From: Nitrospirota bacterium
GTDB lineage: Bacteria > Nitrospirota > UBA9217
Length of the DNA stretch: 64,000 bases
Assembly: GCA_037444505.1 (NCBI GenBank)
Contig: JBBIMH010000014.1
Span: 2,206-66,205, forward strand
Reading direction: 5' to 3'
The notes under the pieces were generated by a model. That model was not told the origin of the DNA. It saw only the letters and a list, made by a program, of their open reading frames with translations, and did not search any database. This document shows positions 1 through 9,838 of the stretch, piece after piece. Position 1 is the stretch's first letter, and the number at the start of each line of letters is the position of its first letter. The position numbers and the translations under genes are program-made.

Positions 1-1
1 G

Positions 2-268
2 TATGAAGGCATGATAGTGGGCGAGAACGCGCGGGAAGGCGACATAGATGTGAACGTGACTAAGGAGAAGAAGCTCACGAACATTAGGGCTGCAGGTGCC
101 GACGAGGCCCTCCGTCTCATCCCGCCCCGTATCCTTACGCTCGAGCAGTCCCTCGAGTTCATAAAGGAAGACGAGCTCGTGGAGGTCACCCCCCAATCCA
201 TCAGACTGAGGAAGAAAATACTCGAAGCCAACAAGAGGCCCAAGCGCGAGAAGATAGGAAACTCTTGA
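2..268 (+). CDS. typA: GTP-binding protein TypA/BipA, C-terminal fragment (5' end outside window)
   Basis: The frame is open from the window edge. The tail [32 protein letters not shown]...[17 protein letters not shown] matches the conserved BipA C-terminal domain. Confidence 0.85.
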   Translation, partial: YEGMIVGENAREGDIDVNVTKEKKLTNIRAAGADEALRLIPPRILTLEQSLEFIKEDELVEVTPQSIRLRKKILEANKRPKREKIGNS

Positions 269-339
269 CATTACCCCTCCATTTTTGATCTGGTAAAAAG
301 CGATTGACGCAGGAATGCGCAGGCGTTAATCTATCATGC

Positions 340-1128
340 ATGAAGACCGCTGTAGATGTCTATAGACTTCTTCCCAGGACCAACTGCGGCAGGTGCGGAA
401 CAGGGACCTGCTTCGGTTTCGCCGCGAAGCTCGCATCCGGCATGGCGTCGCCTGATGCATGCCCTGCCATGACGGAAGAGGCCAGGGCCGTCCTCTCCGC
501 TGAGTCGAAAAAGAGGCAAGGCTCTCCTGGAACGGTGTATGAGCAGGCGCTCAAGGGCCTGAGGGAAAAGACCCGTACCGCCGACTTCGAGAAGATCGCG
601 AAGAGGTTCAAAGCAAGATTAATCGGCAGGGATTGTCTCGAGATGCCGTTTCTGAACGAAGCGTACAGGGTGTGCAAGGACAGTGTGCTCGGCAGAGACG
701 GAATGGAGGCGAGGCCCTGGATATCCATTCTCATCTATAATCACATCCTGATGCCGGACCCGCCGCCTCCCTCCGGGGAATGGATCACCTTCAGCTCCGT
801 GCCGGCTTCGCATGCGAAGGACAAGGCCTGGGCGGGCCATGTGGAAGAGGTCATAGCGAGGCGCTTCTCCGGCGATTTGGAAGGACTTTGTGCGGCATGC
901 GAGCGCATGGCCGGAGTAAAAGCGGAGGTGGAGGGAGGCCATGATGCGGCATATGAGTTCAGGTTCTTCCCAATATATCCCGCCCTGCTCCTGTTCTATG
1001 ATGCAGTGGCTAATGAAGGCTTCCCGGCGCAGTGCAAGCTACTGCTTGACAGGAATGTGCCGCATTATCTGGACATAGAATCCATCGTGGTGCTTGGAGA
1101 GGAGTTTGCAGCGAGATTGACCGGATAG
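340..1128 (+). CDS. Fe-S cluster domain protein (CODH/ACS corrinoid-protein-type 4Fe-4S domain) fused to a DUF3786-like body
   Basis: The N-terminus RTNCGRCGTGTCFGFAAKLASG resembles the putative Fe-S domain of corrinoid Fe-S proteins. The rest resembles DUF3786. ATG at 340 is preferred over TTG at 304. Confidence 0.6.
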   Translation: MKTAVDVYRLLPRTNCGRCGTGTCFGFAAKLASGMASPDACPAMTEEARAVLSAESKKRQGSPGTVYEQALKGLREKTRTADFEKIAKRFKARLIGRDCLEMPFLNEAYRVCKDSVLGRDGMEARPWISILIYNHILMPDPPPPSGEWITFSSVPASHAKDKAWAGHVEEVIARRFSGDLEGLCAACERMAGVKAEVEGGHDAAYEFRFFPIYPALLLFYDAVANEGFPAQCKLLLDRNVPHYLDIESIVVLGEEFAARLTG

Positions 1129-1226
1129 AAGGTCGAATGAGGGTTTCCAGGGCGGCGCCGTTTCGTGCAGGATGATCATCCTCAGCATTCCGGCAGGATA
1201 TTCCAAATCCGCATCGATTTCTATTT

Positions 1227-2015
1227 TTATGTCCGGCGCACAGCATAAATGAGGAACTCGACATTTCCGTCCTGGCCGGATATAGGCGACTCAATAACGC
1301 CCTTGACATCTAATTCGGTGTTCCGTATGAACGACTCTATCTTCTCGACCGCAGCTCTGCGCGCAGCCGCATCTCTCACGATACCTCCCTTGCCCACCTG
1401 ACCCCTTCCTACCTCGAACTGCGGCTTGATGAGGGCCACTATCCCTCCTCCTGGGGCAAGGAATTTCATGACATGCGGAATGACCTTCTCGAGGGAGATG
1501 AATGAGACGTCTATGGTCGCGATATCTATCGGCTCGGGGACGAGAGATGGCTCCATCTCTCTTATGTTCGTCCGCTCTATCAAAACGACGCGGGAATCGG
1601 TCCTCAATCTCCAGGCCATCTGGCCGTAGCCGACGTCCACGGCATAGACCTTCTTCGCACCGTGCTGAAGCAGGCAGTCTGTGAACCCTCCGGTGGACGC
1701 GCCTATGTCCATCGCCGTCTTTCTGCTTACGTCTATTTTGAATTCTTTGAGTGCGGCCTCGAGCTTCAAGCCGCCCCTGCTCACATACCGCATCTGCAGC
1801 CCGAGTATGCGGATATCTCCGTCTGCCGGAACGAGGGCGCCGGCCTTATCCACCTTCCGGCCGTTCACCATCACCTGACCCGCAAGTATGAGCGCCTTCC
1901 CCCGCTCCCTGGTCTCGACAATGCCGCGCTCGACAAGCAGTCGGTCGAGGCGAACCGCCGCTGCACTACGCGAAGCACGCTTTTTCGTCCTGGGCTCTTT
2001 GGATTGGGCCGTCAT
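1227..2015 (-). CDS. tlyA: TlyA-family rRNA 2'-O-methyltransferase (hemolysin A family)
   Basis: S4-like N-terminus (VRLDRLLVERGIVETRERGKALI) plus an FtsJ-type SAM-binding core (AMDIGASTGGFTDCLLQHGAKKVYAVDVGYGQ). Confidence 0.9.
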   Translation of the reverse strand: MTAQSKEPRTKKRASRSAAAVRLDRLLVERGIVETRERGKALILAGQVMVNGRKVDKAGALVPADGDIRILGLQMRYVSRGGLKLEAALKEFKIDVSRKTAMDIGASTGGFTDCLLQHGAKKVYAVDVGYGQMAWRLRTDSRVVLIERTNIREMEPSLVPEPIDIATIDVSFISLEKVIPHVMKFLAPGGGIVALIKPQFEVGRGQVGKGGIVRDAAARRAAVEKIESFIRNTELDVKGVIESPISGQDGNVEFLIYAVRRT

Positions 2016-2022
2016 ATTTTTT

Positions 2023-2251
2023 AGTTCATCACGTTTTTTTGGTGCTGGCCGGCAGGGTGCGCCAAAATGACTTTTAGAGCGATACCCTTAGGCGGAAATC
2101 AGCATAACATACACAGCGCCAATCCATGAGGCCGAGGGTTATATATTCACAATACACAGATATAATATTCATCGCGCTCTAAGAGTTATGAAGGCATGCC
2201 CTGCCAGGCTTTATCTGAAATTATAATTTGCACCATTATACGCGATGAGCC
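2023..2251 (+). repeat. Repeat family A, full-length copy 1 (nested inverted repeats, MITE/REP-like)
   Basis: About 229 nt and roughly 85 percent identical by eye to 19317..19544. Outer inverted repeat is (g)gttcatcac..ggtgc / gcacc..gcgatgagcc. Inner inverted repeat is ggcagggtgcgcc..tagagcg / cgctcta..ggcatgccctgcc. Confidence 0.85.
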
Positions 2252-2351
2252 TTTTTTTGAGGGTGAGGATCGCGATCCTGTAACCGTAGGCCGCCGGAGC
2301 CGGCCGCATGACCAGGGAATAAACTTTACAAGGCCCGTCCATCTCCGTGCA

Positions 2352-3713
2352 TTAATACTTGAGCCTTGCCTCGTCTTGATTCGCCACGACTACGATGACC
2401 ATCCTGTCCGGCCTGAGATGCTTCTTCGCGACTCTGAGGATATCGTCTCTGGTCACGGAATTTATGATGGAGCGATACCTCTTGGGATAGTCGAGCCCAA
2501 GGTCATTTACCTCGATGGAAATGAGCATCGCAGCGATCTTGGAATAGGTGTCCATCCTGAGCGGAAAACTTCCAGTGAGATACGCCTTTGCATCCGCGAG
2601 CTCCTTCTCAGATACCGGCTCTCGCTGGATCCTCGCCATCTCCTTCAGCACCTCGTCTATCACCTCATTGGCGGAAGAGTTCTTGGTCTGGATGTCCACT
2701 GAGAAGGCGCCGGGCTCCACTCGTGCGTCAAATCCGCTCGAGACGTCATAGGCGAGGCCGCGGTTATCACGGATGTTGTCCATGAGCCTCGACGAAAAAC
2801 CTCCGCCACCGAGTATGAAATTCATGACCATTACGGCATAGAAGTCCGGGTCCCTCCTGCTGATACCCACGTGGCCCATGACTATGTTGGCCTGGGTTAT
2901 GTCCTTGTGTATCTTTATGACTGTATTGTCCTTTACCTCAGGAAGGGGGACTGCCGCGGATGCAGGCGCCTTTTTCCTCGTCCATTTTCCGAAGAATTCA
3001 TCTATGAGCGCCCTGATCTCTTGCTCTGTGATATCTCCTACGACTGCGATGATGGTATTGTCGGGGCTGTAGCGGGATGAATAGAAATCTATTATATCCT
3101 GCCTTGTGAGCCTCTGCAGGTATGCAGCCATGTCGTCGTCCGTCCTGCCGTAGGGATGGTCGCCGAAGACGGCCTTTATGAATGCATCCGCGGCGACTTC
3201 AGCAGGCTCCTGCTTGCGTCGCTGGGCCGCTGCGAGGAACTCCTTCACCTTTTTGTCTATCTCCTTCTGGTCGAAGGCGGGGTTCATCAATACATCAGAT
3301 AGCAGGTCGAAGCCTTTTCTTATGTCCTTCTTCAGAACCCGCAGCCCCGCTGTCGCATAGTCCTGCCCGCCGGCGACTGAAAGAGAGCCGCCTATGAAGT
3401 CTATCTCCCTGCTTATGTCCGAGGCCGTCCGAGTCTTCGTCCCCTGCATCAGAAGAGATGCGGTGATATAGGACAGCCGGGGCTTGTCCACAGGCTCCGA
3501 AAGTCCGCCTGCACGTATCGCCATGTTCACCGTGACCATCGGAAGGTCATGCCTCTCCGAAAAGAGCAGGACCATGCCGTTTTCGAGGACGATCCTCTTT
3601 CCGAGAGGCGCGTCCGCGCCGGCAATCGCCGAATGATGGAGGGAGAGAATTATGATTATAAGGATTGCTAAGACTACGCGTCTCATTTCCGCACCTTTAT
3701 GAAGAATGGACAT
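2352..3713 (-). CDS. M16-family peptidase-like protein, probable non-catalytic subunit (secreted)
   Basis: Hydrophobic signal sequence and an M16 two-domain length and pattern. No HxxEH zinc motif at the expected N-terminal position. The start could be the internal ATG at 3686. Confidence 0.8.
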   Translation of the reverse strand: MSILHKGAEMRRVVLAILIIIILSLHHSAIAGADAPLGKRIVLENGMVLLFSERHDLPMVTVNMAIRAGGLSEPVDKPRLSYITASLLMQGTKTRTASDISREIDFIGGSLSVAGGQDYATAGLRVLKKDIRKGFDLLSDVLMNPAFDQKEIDKKVKEFLAAAQRRKQEPAEVAADAFIKAVFGDHPYGRTDDDMAAYLQRLTRQDIIDFYSSRYSPDNTIIAVVGDITEQEIRALIDEFFGKWTRKKAPASAAVPLPEVKDNTVIKIHKDITQANIVMGHVGISRRDPDFYAVMVMNFILGGGGFSSRLMDNIRDNRGLAYDVSSGFDARVEPGAFSVDIQTKNSSANEVIDEVLKEMARIQREPVSEKELADAKAYLTGSFPLRMDTYSKIAAMLISIEVNDLGLDYPKRYRSIINSVTRDDILRVAKKHLRPDRMVIVVVANQDEARLKY

Positions 3714-3724
3714 CTCAATGCTTT

Positions 3725-5044
3725 CTATTTCCGAATCGGTATCAAGATGCCTACCGTCCTGTTGTCCTCAGTAAAGTATTCCCCCGCCACACGCCGGATA
3801 TCTTCCTTCGTGACCGCCCTGACGCCGTCGAGATATTCACCGAGTAGCCTCCAGCTCCCGGTGGTCTCGTATCTGCCTAAGAGCATCGCCTGATAGAAGA
3901 CTGAGTCCTGGGACATGATGAAGCCGGCCTCTATCTGGTTCTTGGCCTTCTGGAGCTCTTCGTCCGTTACAGGCTCTGTCTTGAGCCTGTCTATCTCTGC
4001 ATACAGCGCCGCCTCTACATCTTCCGGCTTCTTTCCTGGCATAGCTTCTGCATAGGCATAGAAAAGATTCGGATCCGCAGAAACGCGGTCATACCCCCCG
4101 CCCGCATCGAGAGCGATCTGCTTTTCATATACGAGGCTGCGGTATATGCGCGAGCTTCTGCCAGCAGAAAGTATGGCCTCTATGACCTCGAGCGCATACG
4201 AGTCCCGATGTACCAAATGAGGGGTGTGATAGCCCACAAACACGGCCGGCAGCTCTGCCTCCCGCTTCACGACGATCCTGCGCTCTCCCGTCTGCTTCGG
4301 CTCTTTCGCAGCCGCCTTAGGCGGTTGTGGTCCACGCGGTATCCTGCCGAAATATTTCTCAATCTGCGGAAGGAGTTTTTCTGTATCAAAATCGCCCACG
4401 ACGACTATTGTCGCATTGTTCGGGACATAGTACGTCTTGTAGTGGCGGAAGAGGTCGTCCCGCGTGATGGACTCAAGGTCCGCCATCCAGCCTATCACCG
4501 GCCACTGGTATGGATGGGCAAGGAACGCAGTCGCCGTCATCTGCTCTATCATGCTCGATACCGGGTCGTCCTCGTAGCGCATCCTGCGCTCTTCCATGAC
4601 GACCTTGCGCTCAGACTCGAACTCCTTGGGATCGAGCAGGAGGTTCTGCATGCGGTCGGACTCGAGCTCGAGGGCTATATGGATGCGGTCGGAGGCGAAA
4701 TTCTCGAAATAGGCGGTATAGTCCTTGCTCGTAAAGGCGTTGTCATTGCCGCCGTTTTTCATCACGGTGCGCGAGAAATGCTTCGGCCCGTACTTCTTCG
4801 TGCCCTTGAACATCATGTGTTCGAGCAGGTGCGAAAGGCCTGTCTTGCCGAGCTGCTCGTTGCGGGAGCCGACTTTGTACCATATCTGGAATGTCACCAC
4901 AGGGGCCTTGTGCTCTTCTTTGAGCAGTACCTTGAGCCCGTTCGGAAGGACCTTCTCCGTCACGCCAAGGCCCTGCGGTACGGCAGGGACGGCGGTCATT
5001 GACAGAAGCAGCGCAGTCGCTGCAATCATCTTGAAAAGACGCAT
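3725..5044 (-). CDS. M16-family zinc peptidase (secreted, catalytic)
   Basis: Signal peptide MRLFKMIAATALLLSMTAVPA and the HxxEH motif GLSHLLEHMMFKGT. Confidence 0.9.
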   Translation of the reverse strand: MRLFKMIAATALLLSMTAVPAVPQGLGVTEKVLPNGLKVLLKEEHKAPVVTFQIWYKVGSRNEQLGKTGLSHLLEHMMFKGTKKYGPKHFSRTVMKNGGNDNAFTSKDYTAYFENFASDRIHIALELESDRMQNLLLDPKEFESERKVVMEERRMRYEDDPVSSMIEQMTATAFLAHPYQWPVIGWMADLESITRDDLFRHYKTYYVPNNATIVVVGDFDTEKLLPQIEKYFGRIPRGPQPPKAAAKEPKQTGERRIVVKREAELPAVFVGYHTPHLVHRDSYALEVIEAILSAGRSSRIYRSLVYEKQIALDAGGGYDRVSADPNLFYAYAEAMPGKKPEDVEAALYAEIDRLKTEPVTDEELQKAKNQIEAGFIMSQDSVFYQAMLLGRYETTGSWRLLGEYLDGVRAVTKEDIRRVAGEYFTEDNRTVGILIPIRK

Positions 5045-5135
5045 GTCTAACTCCGAATTGCAAATATCGAATCAACGCCTACGGCCAGTCCGCCCTCGGC
5101 ACCCCGCTCGGCTGCAAAGACATCTTCGATGACAT

Positions 5136-5654
5136 CTATATCCCGGTATGGCCGAACCCGCCGCTCCCGCGCCTCGTGTCATCGAGCCTGGCCACAAGAC
5201 GGAGCTCCGCCCTCGTTACCCTGGCGAACACCATCTGCGCGATCCTGTCCCCTCGCCGGATAATAAACCTTTCCTTCCCGAAATTGAAGAGGATAACGCT
5301 GATCTCACCCCTGTAGTCGGCGTCTATAGTGCCGGGAGAATTGAGCATGCCTATGCCGTGCCGAAGTGCAAGACCGCTCCTGGGTCTCACCTGTCCTTCA
5401 TAGCCCTCCGGGATCGCGACCGCGATGCCGGTTGGTATGAGCTTCCATGCACCCGGCTCTATGGAGACATCCCCTTCGACTGCGGCATGCAGGTCTATGC
5501 CTGATGCATGCTCAGTCTGGTACTTGGGCAGATCAAGACCCTGCGCATGAGGAAGTTGCATTATTTCGACTGTAAGCGAATCCCACATATCCAGGTTCCC
5601 GGCATATATAGTAGAAGGCAGACCGTCTACAGTATGCCGCCCCCTGTCTTTCAT
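5136..5654 (-). CDS. dut: dUTP diphosphatase
   Basis: dUTPase motifs [20 protein letters not shown] and [10 protein letters not shown]. The ATG overlaps the upstream stop (ATGA). An alternative internal start lies at 5588. Confidence 0.9.
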   Translation of the reverse strand: MKDRGRHTVDGLPSTIYAGNLDMWDSLTVEIMQLPHAQGLDLPKYQTEHASGIDLHAAVEGDVSIEPGAWKLIPTGIAVAIPEGYEGQVRPRSGLALRHGIGMLNSPGTIDADYRGEISVILFNFGKERFIIRRGDRIAQMVFARVTRAELRLVARLDDTRRGSGGFGHTGI

Positions 5655-6907
5655 ATCTCGATCACCGAATCAGGCACATCGGCCTTGCTTACAGGGCCGA
5701 GTATCGTAAGAGAGATATTCTCCGTGTTGAAGAGCTGCCCGGCCAGGCGATGCACGTCCGCCTGAGATACTTTTTCTATGCCTTTGATGATATCGTCCAC
5801 GGATAAGTACTTCCCGTAGTATATCTCCTGCCGGGCCAGCCTGCTCATGTGGCTGTTGCTGCTCTCAAGCGACAGCACGAGGTTTCCCTTTATCTGGTTC
5901 TTCACCCTCTCCTCTTCGGCCTTCGTGATGCCCTCTTCCTTGATCTTTCTGAACTCCTTTATGATAAGCCTTATGACCTCTATGACATTGGACGGATCTG
6001 TGCCTGCATAGACGGTGAACAGGCCTGCGTCTCGATATGACATGACATAGGAGTATATGGAATAGGCCAGGGCGTTCTGTTCCCTCACCTCCTGAAACAG
6101 CCTGGAGCTCATGCTGCTTCCGAGCACCGCGTTGAGCGCCGAGATCACAAATCTGTCCTCGTGCGTAAAGTGTATGCCCTTGCACCCAAGGCACAACTGC
6201 ACCTGCTCGAGCTGCTTCTTCTTCACGGATACTGCATGGTTGAACCTGGGCGGCTCTTCATTCTTGGCCGTGCCCTGTTTGGAATATGTTCCGAATTTCT
6301 CGTCGAGAAGTTCTACCATCCTGTCGTGCTCGAAGTTTCCCGCCACGGAGATCACGATCTCCTTCGGGCTGTAGTAGCTGTCTATATACGAGATGATGTC
6401 CTTATGGGTCAGCGCCTTCACCGTCTCTCTCGTCCCGAGTATGGGACGGCCCAGCGGATGGTCCGGCCAGACAGTGCCCGTGAACAGCTCATGGATATAG
6501 TCATCGGGCGTGTCCTCCACACCCTTTATCTCTTCGAGTATGACCTTTCGCTCCTTCTCGATCTCGACCGGATCGAATCTCGAGGATATGAGGATATCCG
6601 CAAGCAGATCCACGGCCTTGGGCAGATGCTCATCCAGCACCTTGGCATAATATGTAGTGGTCTCCTGGGATGTAAAGGCGTTCATCTCTCCGCCGAGGGC
6701 ATCCATCTCTATGGCGATGTCCTTTGCGCTGCGCCGTGCCGTGCCCTTGAAGAACATATGCTCGATGAAGTGGGATATGCCGCCCATCTCCTTCGGCTCG
6801 TGCCTCGAGCCCACCTTCACCCAAACGCCTATGGACACGGAGCGCGACTTGGGCACCGTCTCCGATACGACCCTTATGCCGTTGGAAAGCGTGTCTTTTC
6901 TGTACAT
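5651..6907 (-). CDS. M16-family zinc peptidase (cytoplasmic, catalytic)
   Basis: HxxEH motif [14 protein letters not shown], no signal peptide, typical length of about 420 aa. Confidence 0.9.
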   Translation of the reverse strand: MYRKDTLSNGIRVVSETVPKSRSVSIGVWVKVGSRHEPKEMGGISHFIEHMFFKGTARRSAKDIAIEMDALGGEMNAFTSQETTTYYAKVLDEHLPKAVDLLADILISSRFDPVEIEKERKVILEEIKGVEDTPDDYIHELFTGTVWPDHPLGRPILGTRETVKALTHKDIISYIDSYYSPKEIVISVAGNFEHDRMVELLDEKFGTYSKQGTAKNEEPPRFNHAVSVKKKQLEQVQLCLGCKGIHFTHEDRFVISALNAVLGSSMSSRLFQEVREQNALAYSIYSYVMSYRDAGLFTVYAGTDPSNVIEVIRLIIKEFRKIKEEGITKAEEERVKNQIKGNLVLSLESSNSHMSRLARQEIYYGKYLSVDDIIKGIEKVSQADVHRLAGQLFNTENISLTILGPVSKADVPDSVIEI

Positions 6908-6940
6908 AGATTATCCGTGAAGAGCGAGGTCCTGATCAGA

Positions 6941-9046
6941 TTATTTTCCTTTTTGATTCGCCTGTTGTGAATGCCGCTCGTTTATGATCTTCTGGGCAAG
7001 ATGGCTCGGGACATCTTCATAGCCGTAGAATTCCATTGTGTACATGCCCCTCCCGCTCGTGAGCGAATTGAGAGCGGGCGCATAGGAAAGCATTTCGGAC
7101 ATAGGCACGAGCGCCTTGATAGTCTGGCCGTTGGCCTGCGGAACGACGCCCTGGACCTTTCCGCGCCTCGCATTAAGGTCTCCTATGACGGCGCCGAGCG
7201 CGTCGTCCGGCGCAACCACCTCAACAGACATGATCGGCTCGAGAAGGACGGGCTTGGCCTCGCTCACCGCCTTTTTGAAGCCCATCGAAGCGGCGATCTT
7301 GAACGCCATTTCGGATGAATCGACGGTGTGGTACGAGCCGTCGTAGAGCGTGACTTTGATGTCCACCATCGGGTAGCCTGCCAGCGCCCCCTCCTGCATC
7401 GCCTCCACAACCCCCTTCTCTACAGCAGGGATATACTGCCTGGGGATGACGCCGCCTACTATCTTATCAACGAACTCGAATCCACCTCCGCGGGGCAGCG
7501 GCTCCACCTCGAGCCATGCATCCCCGTACTGGCCGTGGCCCCCTGTCTGCTTCTTGTACTTCCCCTGCGCCCGCGCCTTGGCGCGTATGGTCTCCTTGTA
7601 CGGGACCTTTGGTGTCTTCATGTGGACATCCACACCGAACTTTCTCTTGAGCTTCTCGAGAGTGACCTCGAGGTGCACCTGTCCCATACCGGATAGGATC
7701 ATCTCTTTCGTCTGTTCATCGTATGCGAAGCGGAGCGTGGGGTCTTCTTCGAGCAGCTTATGGATGCCGGTGCTCACCTTTTCCTCGTCTCCCCGCGTCT
7801 TGGGCTCTATGGCGAACGATATGACAGGATCGGCGAACTTCACGAATGGAAGGAGCATCGGCTGCTGCTCCGCGCAGAGGGTGTCTCCCGTAAGCGTATC
7901 CTTGAGTTTCGCGGCTGCGCCGATATGGCCGGCGGGAAGCGCCTGGACCGGCACCTGCTTCTTGCCCTGGAGCAGAAACAGAGAGCCTATCTTTTCCTTG
8001 GCCTGCCTGGTGGAATTGTAGACCGTAGAGTCGGACTTGAGCGTGCCGGATAACACCCGTATGACGGAGAGCTTGCCTGCATAGGGGTCGATGATGGTCT
8101 TGAATGCAAGTGCCGACAGAGGCTCGTCCGGCAGGGGCCGCCGCTGCACATCGCCGTTGTTCTTGGGATCAATGCCCTTTATGGGAACAATACCCGCCCG
8201 CTCTGCAGGAGAGGGCAGGCACATCACAATCGCATCCATGAGCTGATGCACTCCCATGTTCCTGACGGGTGAGCCGCATAGTACCGGCAAAAGCCCGCCT
8301 GCCAAGGTGCCGTGCTTGAGACCGGCTATGAGGTCATCCCTTCCCAAGTCGCCCTTCTCGAGATACTTCTCGAGAAGACCGTCTTCGGTCTCAGCGATCT
8401 GCTCCACGAGCTTCTTGCGATAGGCCTCCGCATCATGCTTCATGTCCGAAGGGATGTCTTTCTCCTCGGTCTTTCCGCTACCGTCGTTCGAGAAATACAG
8501 GGCCTTCATGGAAATGAGGTCCACTACGCCGGAGAAATTCTCTTCCTTGCCGATGGGGAGCTGCAGTACGAGCGCACCCTTGCAGAAATACTTTTCCATA
8601 TCGCCTACAGCCCGGAAAAAATCCGCACGCTCCTTGTCGAGCTTGCTCACAAACGCGACGCGCGGTATTTCGTAGTCGCAGGCGAACTTGTATACCTTCT
8701 CTGTTTCCGCCTTCACACCCGATATGGCCGAGACGATGACGACTGCTCCGTCGACCGCACGAAGGGTCCCGCGGGTCTCCTCGAGGAAGTTGATATATCC
8801 CGGCGTGTCTATGATATTGATGCGGACGCCTTTCCAGTCGGCGTATCCTATGGCGGCTGTGATGGAGAGCTTTCGGCTGATTTCTTCCGGCTCGTGCATG
8901 AAGATGGAACTGCCTGCATCCACGCTCGGCATGAGGTCCGTCATGCCCGATGCATAGATCATGACGTCTGCAAGAGATGTCTTCCCTGCCGCGCCATGTG
9001 AGAGGATGGCGATATTCCGGACGTCTTTTACCTCGTGGTTTTTCAT
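6941..9046 (-). CDS. Elongation factor G paralog with divergent GTPase motifs
   Basis: Full EF-G five-domain length and C-terminal domain IV/V signatures. The G motifs read SHGAAGKTS, DTPGY and SKLD. The gene is not in an str-operon context. Confidence 0.85.
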   Translation of the reverse strand: MKNHEVKDVRNIAILSHGAAGKTSLADVMIYASGMTDLMPSVDAGSSIFMHEPEEISRKLSITAAIGYADWKGVRINIIDTPGYINFLEETRGTLRAVDGAVVIVSAISGVKAETEKVYKFACDYEIPRVAFVSKLDKERADFFRAVGDMEKYFCKGALVLQLPIGKEENFSGVVDLISMKALYFSNDGSGKTEEKDIPSDMKHDAEAYRKKLVEQIAETEDGLLEKYLEKGDLGRDDLIAGLKHGTLAGGLLPVLCGSPVRNMGVHQLMDAIVMCLPSPAERAGIVPIKGIDPKNNGDVQRRPLPDEPLSALAFKTIIDPYAGKLSVIRVLSGTLKSDSTVYNSTRQAKEKIGSLFLLQGKKQVPVQALPAGHIGAAAKLKDTLTGDTLCAEQQPMLLPFVKFADPVISFAIEPKTRGDEEKVSTGIHKLLEEDPTLRFAYDEQTKEMILSGMGQVHLEVTLEKLKRKFGVDVHMKTPKVPYKETIRAKARAQGKYKKQTGGHGQYGDAWLEVEPLPRGGGFEFVDKIVGGVIPRQYIPAVEKGVVEAMQEGALAGYPMVDIKVTLYDGSYHTVDSSEMAFKIAASMGFKKAVSEAKPVLLEPIMSVEVVAPDDALGAVIGDLNARRGKVQGVVPQANGQTIKALVPMSEMLSYAPALNSLTSGRGMYTMEFYGYEDVPSHLAQKIINERHSQQANQKGK

Positions 9047-9095
9047 AAGGGGCTCCTTTGAGGATGATATCGATATATTCTTATAAGAAGCCTGT

Positions 9096-9362
9096 CTACC
9101 AGATCTCCGACTTTATCTTGCCTCCTTGCTTCAGCAGCACGTCCGCCACCGCCTCGTTGAAGAAATTCGTGTTCCGGCGGACGCCCTCGTCCACCATGCT
9201 CTCGTAATATTTCCTGCCCTCATCGAGCTCGTCTTTGAGCACATCGAAGAGACTGTCTTTCTCTATCCCCTCCTTGACCTTCGCCTGATTGTAGAGGAGT
9301 ATGTCCGACAGGATCGTACGTGCCAGCCTTCGGGCCTCATCTGGATTCGTAATCAGTCTCAT
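9096..9362 (-). CDS. Hypothetical small protein (88 aa)
   Basis: Clean ORF co-oriented with its neighbours, with helical charged composition. No family recognised. Confidence 0.5.
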   Translation of the reverse strand: MRLITNPDEARRLARTILSDILLYNQAKVKEGIEKDSLFDVLKDELDEGRKYYESMVDEGVRRNTNFFNEAVADVLLKQGGKIKSEIW

Positions 9363-9386
9363 CCCCGGATTTTCACCTCAGAAAGA

Positions 9387-9815
9387 TCAGTCTATTATCT
9401 CCGCTATCACAGGTCGGTACTTCTGGCTCTTCTCCACCTTTTTATTATACATCTTGATGAATATGAACGAGACCAAAAGACATCCCATCCCCGCGACGAA
9501 CGCCCAGAGGTCGGAGTCTTTAGCGGCGCCGAACCTCTCCGCAATATTCTTGCCTATGACGGCCCCGGCGGCGAGCGCTGCCATCGGCACGCCGTAGAGC
9601 ACTATCGAGGCCTTAAGATAAACTTGCGGGGCAACAACGACCTTGACCTTCTGGCCTTTCTTCGCCCCCAGAGGGTTGTCGGCCTCCATGAATTCCTGAT
9701 CCCCTGGATGGCAGACCCCTGCTGCAGCGCAGGATTCGCATGCGCTCTTTTTCAGAATGGCTACCTTTGCCGTACCACCTGTCGTCTCGGCCACTATGCC
9801 TTCTTCTTCTATCAT
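9387..9815 (-). CDS. RseC/MucC-family (SoxR-reducing system) membrane protein
   Basis: N-terminus MIEEEGIVAETTGGTAKVAILKKSACESCAAAGVCHPG followed by two TM helices, typical of RseC-like proteins. Confidence 0.7.
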   Translation of the reverse strand: MIEEEGIVAETTGGTAKVAILKKSACESCAAAGVCHPGDQEFMEADNPLGAKKGQKVKVVVAPQVYLKASIVLYGVPMAALAAGAVIGKNIAERFGAAKDSDLWAFVAGMGCLLVSFIFIKMYNKKVEKSQKYRPVIAEIID

Positions 9816-9838
9816 ATATTAACCATACCCTTCTTGAC

